From positions 1 to 11,862 of the forward strand of contig CAZSKP010000068.1 in the NCBI GenBank assembly GCA_964607485.1: DNA of 11,862 nt. Reading direction: 5' to 3'. Shown piece by piece: positions 1-8,307 of this stretch. Positions within the stretch are counted from its first letter, which is position 1, and every line of letters starts with the position of its first letter. The notes below the pieces were generated by a model that was not told where the DNA came from, made no database searches, and worked only from the letters and a program-made list of their open reading frames with translations. The translations under genes were made by a program, and so were the position numbers. Source of the stretch: an uncultured bacterium (GTDB lineage Bacteria; Abyssobacteria; SURF-5).

Positions 1-78
1 GCCATAATTATCGACGAAGAACTGTACTGCAACCTCGACTCTGAAAAGATCGACAGGATTCTTCAGGAACATCAATAG
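1..78 (+). CDS. nuoE: NADH-quinone oxidoreductase subunit E, 3' fragment (gene begins before the window)
   Basis: Frame 1 reads AIIIDEELYCNLDSEKIDRILQEHQ-stop (TAG 76-78). This fits the NuoE C-terminal pattern (xMIDxxxxxxLxxEKIDxILxxY) and lies 8 nt before nuoF in the canonical gene order. Confidence 0.85.
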   Translation, partial: AIIIDEELYCNLDSEKIDRILQEHQ

Positions 79-86
79 AGCGCCTC

Positions 87-1361
87 ATGGAAAGACCGCT
101 CACAAAAAATATCAGGCCCGGCAAAGAGCCGATGGATATCAAGGAATATGAAGAAGCCGGGGGTTACCAGGCTCTGCGCAGTGCGCTGCGTATGTCGCCG
201 CAGGAAGTTCAAGACGTGGTGAAACAATCAGAACTGCGAGGTCGCGGCGGCGCCGGTTTCCAGACCGGTCAGAAGTGGAGTTTCGTGCCGATGGGTCCCG
301 GTGCGCGCCGTCCGAAATATCTCGCTGTGAACGTTGACGAGATGGAGCCGGGCGCCTTCAAGGACCGGTTCCTCGTCGAAGGCGACCCCAATCAGGTGAT
401 CGAAGGGGCGATCATCAGCGCGTACGCCATTGAAGCCGATGCCGCATACATCTTCCTTCGGTGGGCGTACAGGCTTGCCGCCAAGCGAATCAGGAAAGCC
501 ATCGAGCAGGCCTACCAAGGCGGATATCTGGGGAAAAATATACTCGGCTCGGGCTATGACTTGGAAATGTACCTGCACGTCAGCGCGGGCCGCTACATGT
601 GCGGCGAAGAAGACGGCCTCCTCGACGCCCTCGAGGGCAAGCGTGCCGTGCCCCGCACCAAGCCGCCTTTTCCCCAAACCTGCGGCCTCTGGGGCAAGCC
701 TACCGTGGTGAATAACGTCGAGACCATCTCCAACATTCCTCATATCATCGCGAAGGGCCCGGAATGGTTCAAAGGCTTAAGCCGCTCGGCTGACAGCGGC
801 ACGAAGTTGTACGGTGTCAGTGGCAGGGTAAAAAAGCCGGGACTCTGGGAACTTCCCATGGGAACCGCGATCAGGGAGATTCTCGAAGAACACGCGGGAG
901 GCATGCAAGAGGGATTCAAGCTGCGCGGCCTGCTTCCCGGCGGCGCTTCCACTGATTTCCTCGTCGAGGAACACCTTGACGTGAAGATGGATTTTGGCTC
1001 TGTTCAGAAGGCCGGCAGCCGCCTTGGAACGGGGACAATGATTGTCCTCGATGACAGAACCTGTCCGGTCGGAATGGTCCTCAATCTCGAGAGGTTCTTC
1101 GTGCGGGAATCGTGCGGTTGGTGTACGCCCTGTCGCGAGGGCATACCGTGGGTTGCCGAGATTCTGGGTGAGATAGAACACGGACGCGGACAGCCCGGAG
1201 ACATTGAACTGTTGCATGAGCATACCTGGCTGCTGGGCCCCGGACACACATTCTGCGCGCTTGCCCCGGGAGCCATGGAACCCCTGCAGAGCGCAATCAA
1301 ATATTTTCGAGAGGATTTCGAAAAACACATCGCCGAGCACCGCTGTCCATGGGGACAATGA
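87..1361 (+). CDS. nuoF: NADH-quinone oxidoreductase subunit F (FMN/NADH-binding, cluster N3), 424 aa
   Basis: Motifs LRGRGGAGF, NxDEMEPGAFKDR, GRYMCGEE, KPPFP, NNVET and PGGAS. The N3 ligands are ESCGWCTPCREG plus TFCALAPG. Confidence 0.98.
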   Translation: MERPLTKNIRPGKEPMDIKEYEEAGGYQALRSALRMSPQEVQDVVKQSELRGRGGAGFQTGQKWSFVPMGPGARRPKYLAVNVDEMEPGAFKDRFLVEGDPNQVIEGAIISAYAIEADAAYIFLRWAYRLAAKRIRKAIEQAYQGGYLGKNILGSGYDLEMYLHVSAGRYMCGEEDGLLDALEGKRAVPRTKPPFPQTCGLWGKPTVVNNVETISNIPHIIAKGPEWFKGLSRSADSGTKLYGVSGRVKKPGLWELPMGTAIREILEEHAGGMQEGFKLRGLLPGGASTDFLVEEHLDVKMDFGSVQKAGSRLGTGTMIVLDDRTCPVGMVLNLERFFVRESCGWCTPCREGIPWVAEILGEIEHGRGQPGDIELLHEHTWLLGPGHTFCALAPGAMEPLQSAIKYFREDFEKHIAEHRCPWGQ

Positions 1362-4082
1362 ATGCCGACCATCTACATAGATAACGAACCGTACAAGGTC
1401 AGGGAAGGTCAGAATCTTCTGCACGTCTGCCTCTCGTTGGGATTTAATATCCCGTACTTCTGCTGGCATCCGGCAATGCATTCGGTCGGCGCCTGCCGTA
1501 TGTGCGCCGTCAAACTGTTCAAGGACGAAAACGACACCAGGGGCAAAATTGTGATGTCGTGCATGACCCTTGCCAGCGACGGCACGCGAATCTCCATTAA
1601 TGATCCGGACGCCGTGAAGTTTCGCAAGAGCGTAATCGAATGGCTCATGACCAATCATCCGCACGATTGCCCCGTCTGCGACGAAGGCGGCGAATGTCAT
1701 CTCCAGGATATGACTCTTCTGAGCGGTCACGTGTACCGCAGGTTCCGCTATAAGAAGCGAACCTACCGCAATCAATATCTCGGCCCGTTTATCAACCATG
1801 AAATGAATCGCTGCATACAGTGCTATCGCTGTATTCGATTCTACGTCGATTATGCGGGCGGCCGCGACCTGGACGTTTTTGGCTGGCACAACCGCGTCTA
1901 TTTCGGCCGGCATGAAGATGGGGTGCTTCAAAGCCCGTTCAGCGGCAACCTCGTCGAGATTTGTCCCACAGGCGTGTTTACGGACAAGACCTTCAAGCGG
2001 CATTACACGCGAAAATGGGACCTTCAAACCGCGCCGTCCATCTGCGTGCATTGCAGTCTTGGGTGCAACATCATCCCGGGAGAACGCTACGGCACGCTGC
2101 GCCGAATACGCAATCGTTTCAATCGAGAAGTCAATGGTTATTTCATCTGCGACAGAGGACGCTTCGGTTATGAATTCGTAAATAGTCCTCGGCGGATAAG
2201 CCGACCGCTGCGCAGGGGCGCGGCGGGAGAGTTGGAAGAAGTGACGAAAGAGGCCGCCCTCAGCGAAATCGCGCCTCTGCTCAGCAATCGCGGCAGGGTC
2301 ATTGGTATAGGCTCGCCCAGGGCATCTCTCGAATCCAATTTTGCGCTTCGAACCCTCGTCGGACCGGAGCGATTCTTCCTCGGCACATCCGAGGCTGAAT
2401 CCCGGCAGGTGAGCACGGTGATCGACATATTGAAGGAGGGTCCCGTTCCCGCCGCATCACTTCACGACGTCGAGCTGGCCGACGCGGTATTGATACTAGG
2501 AGAGGATGTCTCGAACGTGGCGCCCATGCTGGACCTGTCTTTGCGCAAGTCCATCCTTCGCAAACCGATTGCAATCGCAAAGCAGCTCCACATTGAGGAA
2601 TGGAACGATGCGGCCGTCAGGGAAGCCTTGCAGAGCGAGAAAGGCCCCCTTTTCATCGCAACGCCCGACGCCACTCAGCTCGATTCCGTCGCGACGGAGA
2701 CGTACCGGGCGGCTCCGGATGACATCGCCCGCTTGGGATTTGCCGTCGCGCACGCGCTGAATCCCGAATCGCCGCCCGTCCATGACATGTCAAGCCACGG
2801 GCAATCGCTCGCGGGTAGAATTGCGGATGCATTCAAGGACTCGAAGCGTCCCCTGGTCATTTCGGGCACGACGTGCGCGAGTCAATCCATAATCGAAGCC
2901 GCGGCGAACGTAGCCTACGCGCTGCATTCGTTGAACCTGAACCCGCAAATCTGTTTTGCCATGTCCCGCTGCAACAGTATGGGGCTGGGGCTCATCGGCG
3001 GCAATCCGATTACCTCGGCTCTTCAGGCGCTCGGGGACGGTTCGGCCGACACGCTCGTCATCCTGGAAAGCAACGTCTATCGCCACATCAATGCCGAACT
3101 CGCCGACAAACTGCTGGAAGCCGCCAAGCACGTTATCGTCGTGGATTGTCTGAACAATGAGACCACCGGCAAGGCGCACTATGTACTTCCCGCCGCGACA
3201 TTTGCCGAAGCCGACGGAACGTTGGTGAACAACGAAGGCCGCGCACAGCGGTTCCTCCAAGTTCTCACGCCCCAGGAGCCCGTCCAGGAAAGCTGGCGAT
3301 GGATTCGCGATATGATGCTCGCATCCGGCCGCTCCGAAGCCGAAAACTGGCAAGGCATGGATGACGTGATAACGGCACTGGCCGGGGAAATACCGGTATT
3401 CAAAGCCGTTCCCGAAACTGCTCCGCGGTCCGATTTCCGCATCGTCGGACAGAAGGTACCCCGGCAGCCGCATCGTTACAGCGGACGAACCGCGATGCAT
3501 GCCAATATCGACGTCAGCGAGCCTGAGACCACTAAAGACCCGGACTCGCCGCTCTCGTTCTCGATGGAAGGCTACGAGGGCCAGCCGCCGTCCTCATTGA
3601 TCACTCATTTCTGGGCGCCTCATTGGAATTCGGTGCAATCCGTCAATAAGTTTCAAACAGAGGTCGAGGGTTTTCTCCGTGGCGGCGACCCCGGCAAACG
3701 CCTCATCGAGGCGAAGAGGCTCGAGAGTCCGACATGGTTCCCCCAGGTACTGCCCCCGTTCCAGCCGCGCGATGAAGAAAAGCTCGTCGTGCCCGTTTAC
3801 CATATCTTCGGCTCCGATGAGTTGAGCATGCAGTCGCCCGGGATTGCGCAACTTTCGGCAGAACCCTACATCGCCATCAACTCCGAGGATGCCGACAATC
3901 TTGGGATCAATGATGGCGATGCGGTTGAGCTTCGCCTTTCAAACGGCTCGTGTCAACTGCCGGCGAAGATCAGTTTCGATATTCCGTCTGGCGTGGCGGC
4001 GGTTCCCATGGGGCTGTCGGGCCTCCAATGGGACGGACTGCCTGCGTGGCGCAAACTGACGAATCCGAAAAGGACGTTCTGA
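1362..4082 (+). CDS. nuoG: NADH-quinone oxidoreductase subunit G (clusters N1b, N4, N5, N7), 906 aa
   Basis: N1b: PYFCWHP...GACRMC...SC. N5: [19 protein letters not shown]4: RCIQCYRC...EICPTG. N7: CVHCSLGC-x27-CDRGRFGY. The C-terminal part is a molybdopterin-oxidoreductase-like region ([24 protein letters not shown]). ATG directly abuts the nuoF TGA. Confidence 0.98.
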   Translation: MPTIYIDNEPYKVREGQNLLHVCLSLGFNIPYFCWHPAMHSVGACRMCAVKLFKDENDTRGKIVMSCMTLASDGTRISINDPDAVKFRKSVIEWLMTNHPHDCPVCDEGGECHLQDMTLLSGHVYRRFRYKKRTYRNQYLGPFINHEMNRCIQCYRCIRFYVDYAGGRDLDVFGWHNRVYFGRHEDGVLQSPFSGNLVEICPTGVFTDKTFKRHYTRKWDLQTAPSICVHCSLGCNIIPGERYGTLRRIRNRFNREVNGYFICDRGRFGYEFVNSPRRISRPLRRGAAGELEEVTKEAALSEIAPLLSNRGRVIGIGSPRASLESNFALRTLVGPERFFLGTSEAESRQVSTVIDILKEGPVPAASLHDVELADAVLILGEDVSNVAPMLDLSLRKSILRKPIAIAKQLHIEEWNDAAVREALQSEKGPLFIATPDATQLDSVATETYRAAPDDIARLGFAVAHALNPESPPVHDMSSHGQSLAGRIADAFKDSKRPLVISGTTCASQSIIEAAANVAYALHSLNLNPQICFAMSRCNSMGLGLIGGNPITSALQALGDGSADTLVILESNVYRHINAELADKLLEAAKHVIVVDCLNNETTGKAHYVLPAATFAEADGTLVNNEGRAQRFLQVLTPQEPVQESWRWIRDMMLASGRSEAENWQGMDDVITALAGEIPVFKAVPETAPRSDFRIVGQKVPRQPHRYSGRTAMHANIDVSEPETTKDPDSPLSFSMEGYEGQPPSSLITHFWAPHWNSVQSVNKFQTEVEGFLRGGDPGKRLIEAKRLESPTWFPQVLPPFQPRDEEKLVVPVYHIFGSDELSMQSPGIAQLSAEPYIAINSEDADNLGINDGDAVELRLSNGSCQLPAKISFDIPSGVAAVPMGLSGLQWDGLPAWRKLTNPKRTF

Positions 4083-4083
4083 T

Positions 4084-5037
4084 ATGCACGAGATAATCAG
4101 GTCGTTGGTCATCGTGTTCGGCGTTCTCATCGTGGCCCTCACGATTGCGCCTGGTCTGATATGGCTCGAACGCCGGCTCCTGGGTCTCTGGCAGGACCGT
4201 TACGGCCCAAACCGTGTGGGTCCCTTTGGGCTGCTCCAGGTGTTCGCAGACATGGTCAAGATCTTCACGAAAGAAGACTGGATTCCGCCCTTCGCGGATA
4301 AACCTGTTTTCATAATTGCGCCCGCGATAATCATAGTCACGACGCTGCTGTCCTTCGCAATCATCGTGTTCGCTCCGGGCATTACGGTCATCAACCTCGG
4401 CATCGGTCTGCTCTTCTTTCTTGCGATGTCATCCATGGGTGTGTACAGCCTCGCGCTCGGCGGCTGGTCGTCCAACAACAAATACGCGCTGCTGGGCGGA
4501 CTGCGCGCCGCGGCCCAGATGCTGAGCTATGAGGTATTCATGGGGCTTTCGCTCATGGGCGTCGTCATGCTCGCCAATTCTTTCAACATATCCGACATCG
4601 TCGAAGCGCAGAGGGGAATGTGGTTCTGTGTCCCGCAGGCGCTGGGCTTCATCGTGTTCTTCATAGCGGGAATTGCCGAGACCCATCGGCTCCCGTTCGA
4701 CTTGCCCGAAGCGGAAAGCGAATTAATCGCCGGATACCATTCGGAGTATTCGGGAATGAAATTCGGCATGTTCTTTGTCGGCGAGTATCTCGGCATAACA
4801 CTCATATCGGCGCTGATAACGACGCTCTTCTTCGGCGGCTGGCTGGGTCCGGTTCTTCCGGGCGTCGTGTGGTTTTTCATCAAGATGTTCTTTTTCATCT
4901 GCATATTCATCCTGTTGCGGGCTTCGCTGCCTCGGCCCCGCTACGACCAGCTCATGTCGTTCGGGTGGAAGGTGATGTTTCCGCTGGCGTTGTTGAACCT
5001 GGTAGTAACGGGCGGGATTCTGCTCGCTCACAGGTAG
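4084..5037 (+). CDS. nuoH: NADH-quinone oxidoreductase subunit H (ND1 homolog), 317 aa
   Basis: Motifs [71 protein letters not shown] and PRPRYDQ. AAGGA at 4070-4074 precedes the start. Confidence 0.98.
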   Translation: MHEIIRSLVIVFGVLIVALTIAPGLIWLERRLLGLWQDRYGPNRVGPFGLLQVFADMVKIFTKEDWIPPFADKPVFIIAPAIIIVTTLLSFAIIVFAPGITVINLGIGLLFFLAMSSMGVYSLALGGWSSNNKYALLGGLRAAAQMLSYEVFMGLSLMGVVMLANSFNISDIVEAQRGMWFCVPQALGFIVFFIAGIAETHRLPFDLPEAESELIAGYHSEYSGMKFGMFFVGEYLGITLISALITTLFFGGWLGPVLPGVVWFFIKMFFFICIFILLRASLPRPRYDQLMSFGWKVMFPLALLNLVVTGGILLAHR

Positions 5038-5043
5038 AAAGGA
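5038..5043 (+). promoter_or_regulatory. Shine-Dalgarno site for nuoI
   Basis: AAAGGA ending 6 nt before ATG 5050. Confidence 0.7.
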
Positions 5044-5049
5044 ATCACG

Positions 5050-5565
5050 ATGCTTAGTGTGATAAAGGCCATGTGGCTTGTGACGCTGCACGCATTCCGC
5101 AGGCGCGTTACGATTCAATATCCGGAGCAGAAGCCGCATCTTCCGCCTCGCTGGAGGGGCCGCATAATCCTGTCACGCGACCCGGATGGCGCCGAGCGAT
5201 GCGTGGCGTGTTATCTCTGTGCGGTCGCGTGTCCCGTGGACTGCATCGCGCTCCAGGCGGCCGAAGACGAACATGGCCGGCGGTATCCCGAATTCTTCCG
5301 CATCAATTTCTCGCGGTGCATATTCTGCGGCTTTTGCGAGGACGCCTGCCCCACCTACGCCATACAGCTTACGCCGGATTTCGAAATGTGCGAGTACAAG
5401 CGGCAGAATCTGGTTTATGAAAAGGAAGATTTGCTCATAGCTGGAACGGGAAAGTATCCGGGCTACAATTTCTACAGGGTAGCCGGGCTGGCGATTGCCG
5501 GCAAGGATAAGGGCCAGGCCGAAAATGAATCGCCGCCCGTGGAAGTGCGTACTCTTATGCCATAG
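5050..5565 (+). CDS. nuoI: NADH-quinone oxidoreductase subunit I (2x[4Fe-4S], N6a/N6b), 171 aa
   Basis: TIQYPE motif and two ferredoxin motifs, [12 protein letters not shown] and [12 protein letters not shown]. The C-terminal tail [20 protein letters not shown] is E. coli-like. Confidence 0.98.
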   Translation: MLSVIKAMWLVTLHAFRRRVTIQYPEQKPHLPPRWRGRIILSRDPDGAERCVACYLCAVACPVDCIALQAAEDEHGRRYPEFFRINFSRCIFCGFCEDACPTYAIQLTPDFEMCEYKRQNLVYEKEDLLIAGTGKYPGYNFYRVAGLAIAGKDKGQAENESPPVEVRTLMP

Positions 5566-5583
5566 AAGAGAGTGTGCTCAAAT

Positions 5584-5588
5584 GAGGG
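5584..5588 (+). promoter_or_regulatory. Shine-Dalgarno site for nuoJ
   Basis: GAGGG ending 7 nt before ATG 5596. Confidence 0.65.
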
Positions 5589-5595
5589 TTTCCGG

Positions 5596-6108
5596 ATGGA
5601 TTTGACGTTCTACATCTCAGCCGCAATCGCAATCATAGCGACGGTCATGGTCATCACTCGACTCAACGCGGTCCATGCCCTGCTCTACTTTATTGTGTCG
5701 CTCTTGTCTCTCGCTGTCATGTTTTTTGTTCTGGGCGCGCCGTTTGCCGCCGCGCTGGTCGTCATTATCAACGCCGGCGCCATCATGGTGCTGTTCGTGT
5801 TTGCGGTAATGATGCTCAACCTGGGTCCACACGCCGCGGACCAGGAACGACGGTTGCTCAGTCCGCGCATGTGGATAGGGCCTTCGATCCTGGCGTTCAT
5901 TCTCATCCTTGAATTGGCGCATACTATTGTCCGACTCGGCGGACGCCTTTCGGAGGCGAGGATGCTGGACGCGAAAGAGGTGGGAATCGCCCTCTTCGTC
6001 CCCCATGTGCTGGGCGTCGAGCTGGCATCCATGCTTCTGCTTTCCGGGCTTCTGGGCGCGTATCACCTGGGTCGCAAGGCTATAAATCCCGGAGGAGAGA
6101 ATCCGTAA
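5596..6108 (+). CDS. nuoJ: NADH-quinone oxidoreductase subunit J (ND6 homolog), 170 aa
   Basis: Motifs NAVHALLY, AGAIMVLFVFAVMMLNLG and VELASMLLL. Start moved from the ORF track's GTG 5572 to ATG 5596, which has GAGGG at 5584-5588 and makes the protein colinear with E. coli NuoJ as I recall it (N24, H27, Y31, G61). Confidence 0.95.
   Translation: MDLTFYISAAIAIIATVMVITRLNAVHALLYFIVSLLSLAVMFFVLGAPFAAALVVIINAGAIMVLFVFAVMMLNLGPHAADQERRLLSPRMWIGPSILAFILILELAHTIVRLGGRLSEARMLDAKEVGIALFVPHVLGVELASMLLLSGLLGAYHLGRKAINPGGENP
6091..6097 (+). promoter_or_regulatory. Shine-Dalgarno site for nuoK (within the nuoJ 3' end)
   Basis: GGAGGAG ending 10 nt before ATG 6108. Confidence 0.7.
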
Positions 6109-6416
6109 TGGCAACGGTTCCTATCGAATGCGGGCTGGGCATTGCCGCTCTGTTGTTCGCATTGGGGCTGATCGGAGTGCTTGTGCGGCGGAACATTATC
6201 TTCATTCTTCTGTCGATTGAAATCATGCTCAACGCGGCGGGCCTGGCCTTCGTCGTCGCAGGAGCCCGCTGGAACCAGCCCGACGGTCAGATCATGTATT
6301 TCTTCATTCTCGCGATGGCGGCGGCGGAAGTGGCTGTCGGCCTGGCGTTCGCGATTCAGATGTATCACAGATTCAAGACGCTCGATACGAATGTAATAAG
6401 CAGGATGCGAGGATAA
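6108..6416 (+). CDS. nuoK: NADH-quinone oxidoreductase subunit K (ND4L homolog), 102 aa
   Basis: Three hydrophobic segments and the RRN loop. Both conserved glutamates are present (SIEIMLNA, AAAEVAVGLA), and the protein ends in MRG. TAATG overlap with nuoJ. Confidence 0.97.
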   Translation: MATVPIECGLGIAALLFALGLIGVLVRRNIIFILLSIEIMLNAAGLAFVVAGARWNQPDGQIMYFFILAMAAAEVAVGLAFAIQMYHRFKTLDTNVISRMRG

Positions 6417-6417
6417 C

Positions 6418-8307
6418 GTGCTCGAATTATTGTGGTTGGTCCCGATTCTGCCGCTTGTTGGGTTCGCGACCCTTGCGGTCGTCGGGGCGCGGATACCGCG
6501 CGGCGCGGTTGCGGTCGTTGCGGTCGGCTCGGTGGCCGCGTCCACCGTTGTCGCGATACTCGTGGGCATCAGCTTCGTCGGCTCGCCTCCTGCGGGCAAT
6601 GCCTATTCCCAAACGCTGTGGTCATGGATGCACGTCGGAGGCCTCGCCCCGGGCATTACTTTTTATCTCGATGCCCTGTCGCTGGTCATGATACTCGTCG
6701 TTACTTTCGTTGGGCTGCTCATCCACGTCTATTCCACCGAATTCATGGTGAGCGAGGAGGGATACAGTCGCTTCTTCGCCTACATGAACCTCTTTGTCGG
6801 CTCGATGCTCGTCCTGGTCCTTGCCGACAATCTCCTGCTTCTGTACCTCGGGTGGGAGGGCGTCGGCGTGTGCAGCTATCTGCTCATCGGCTTCTGGTAC
6901 AAAGAGGCGAAGAACGGCCGGGCCGCCCTGAAGGCGTTCATAGTGACGAGAGTGGGCGACACCGCGCTCATAATCGGTCTTTTCCTGCTGTTCTCATCGC
7001 TCAACACGTTGCGAATTCAACCGCTCATGCAGCAAATCGCCCAGTATCCGGCCGGTTCTCTCCTGTGCACTTCTGCCGCAATCCTACTCCTGATTGGCGC
7101 ACTCGGGAAATCGGCCCAGCTTCCCCTGCAAACCTGGTTGCCCGACGCAATGGCAGGGCCCACCCCCGTGAGCGCTCTTATCCACGCAGCCACCATGGTG
7201 ACGGCGGGAGTGTACCTCATTGCGCGAACGCATGTCCTGTTCAGCCAGGCGCCTGCCGTGCAGATGACCGTCGCGGTCATAGGCGCGGTGACGCTCTTGC
7301 TGGCGGGCTTCAGCGCCCTGACGCAATCGGACATCAAGCGCGTGCTGGCCTACTCGACGATAAGTCAGATCGGGTATATGTTCCTCGCGCTTGGGGTCGG
7401 CGCATGGGCGGCCGGTATCTTTCATTTCATGGTGCACGCGTTTTTCAAGTCGCTCCTCTTTCTCGCCGCGGGCGTGGTCATCAATGCCCTCGGAAAGGAG
7501 CATAATATTTTTAAAATGGGAGGCCTGCGCACGCAACTGCCCCTTACCTTCTGGGTGTTCCTTGTTGGATGCGCGTCGCTTTCCGCCGTGCCGCTGGTGA
7601 CGGCGGGTTTTTACAGCAAGGACATGATTCTCTGGCAGGTATGGTCGTCGGCTGAGGGGAGCCGCTGGTTGTGGGCCGCAGGACTCGCGGGCGCTTTTCT
7701 CACCTCTATGTATTCTTTCCGTGTGATATTCATCGCATTCTTCGGACAAGCCAAGGCGACTGTCGAGCGCGCTCCCGGGTATCTCATGAGCGTGCCGCTG
7801 GTAATCCTTGCTGTCCTCTCGATAATCGGTGGATGGGTCGAACTGCCCGACACACTCATCGCCAATAGAACATTCACAAATTTCCTGCATACCGCGCTGC
7901 CGCCGATGCCCGCCATGTCAGCGGGCGTGCGGGTCGAGTCCATCCTGCAAATCGTGGCCGGGCTCGTCTCGTTGTCGGGAATCCTCGCGGCATACTGGCT
8001 CTTCCTCAAGAGCCCCCGATACGTTGACAATATGCTTCGTACGAGCATTGGCTCCCGGCTGCATCAACTGTGGTTCGCGGATTGGGGCTTCGATTGGTTT
8101 TACGACAAGCTCGTTGTTCAGCCCTACGTATGGCTCGCTCGAATAAACAAAGATGACTTCATCGACCTCGTGTATGACGGCATCGCATGGCTCGCGGCGG
8201 CTTTCAACCGAATTCTCTCTCCGACGGAGTCAGGGAATGTCCGATGGTATGCGGCCTGTATCGTCATTGGGGCGATAATCGTTCTGGCATTCACGGTGTT
8301 CTCATGA
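6418..8307 (+). CDS. nuoL: NADH-quinone oxidoreductase subunit L (ND5 homolog, antiporter-like), 629 aa
   Basis: Motifs LGWEGVG, TRVGD, GKSAQLPLQTWLPDAMAGPTPVSALIHAATMVTAG, DIKRVLAYSTISQIGY, HAFFK and FYSKD, plus the C-terminal amphipathic helix and last TM. GTG start with GAGGA at 6409-6413. Confidence 0.98.
   Translation: MLELLWLVPILPLVGFATLAVVGARIPRGAVAVVAVGSVAASTVVAILVGISFVGSPPAGNAYSQTLWSWMHVGGLAPGITFYLDALSLVMILVVTFVGLLIHVYSTEFMVSEEGYSRFFAYMNLFVGSMLVLVLADNLLLLYLGWEGVGVCSYLLIGFWYKEAKNGRAALKAFIVTRVGDTALIIGLFLLFSSLNTLRIQPLMQQIAQYPAGSLLCTSAAILLLIGALGKSAQLPLQTWLPDAMAGPTPVSALIHAATMVTAGVYLIARTHVLFSQAPAVQMTVAVIGAVTLLLAGFSALTQSDIKRVLAYSTISQIGYMFLALGVGAWAAGIFHFMVHAFFKSLLFLAAGVVINALGKEHNIFKMGGLRTQLPLTFWVFLVGCASLSAVPLVTAGFYSKDMILWQVWSSAEGSRWLWAAGLAGAFLTSMYSFRVIFIAFFGQAKATVERAPGYLMSVPLVILAVLSIIGGWVELPDTLIANRTFTNFLHTALPPMPAMSAGVRVESILQIVAGLVSLSGILAAYWLFLKSPRYVDNMLRTSIGSRLHQLWFADWGFDWFYDKLVVQPYVWLARINKDDFIDLVYDGIAWLAAAFNRILSPTESGNVRWYAACIVIGAIIVLAFTVFS

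Noticed and set aside
777..2051. 424-aa ORF on the - strand antisense to nuoF/nuoG
   Set aside because: It has no recognisable motif and fully overlaps two well-supported genes. Long antisense shadow ORFs are expected in GC-rich, codon-biased coding sequence.
2200..4082. NuoG C-terminal region as an active formate dehydrogenase/molybdoenzyme or a selenoprotein
   Set aside because: This is the normal cofactor-less molybdopterin-oxidoreductase-like domain of NuoG. There is no in-frame TGA and no recognisable catalytic Cys/Sec-His motif.
5572..5595. GTG start adding 8 residues to NuoJ
   Set aside because: ATG 5596 has a ribosome-binding site and restores colinearity with known NuoJ.
6432..7505. 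357-aa alternative-frame ORF inside nuoL
   Set aside because: Its Arg/Pro/Gly/Ala-rich composition is typical of an off-frame reading of a GC-rich hydrophobic gene. It has no motif or independent signals.
8187..8303. 39-codon N-terminal extension of NuoM in the ORF track
   Set aside because: It overlaps the nuoL 3' end by more than 100 nt. ATG 8304 gives the normal hydrophobic N-terminus and an ATGA coupling.
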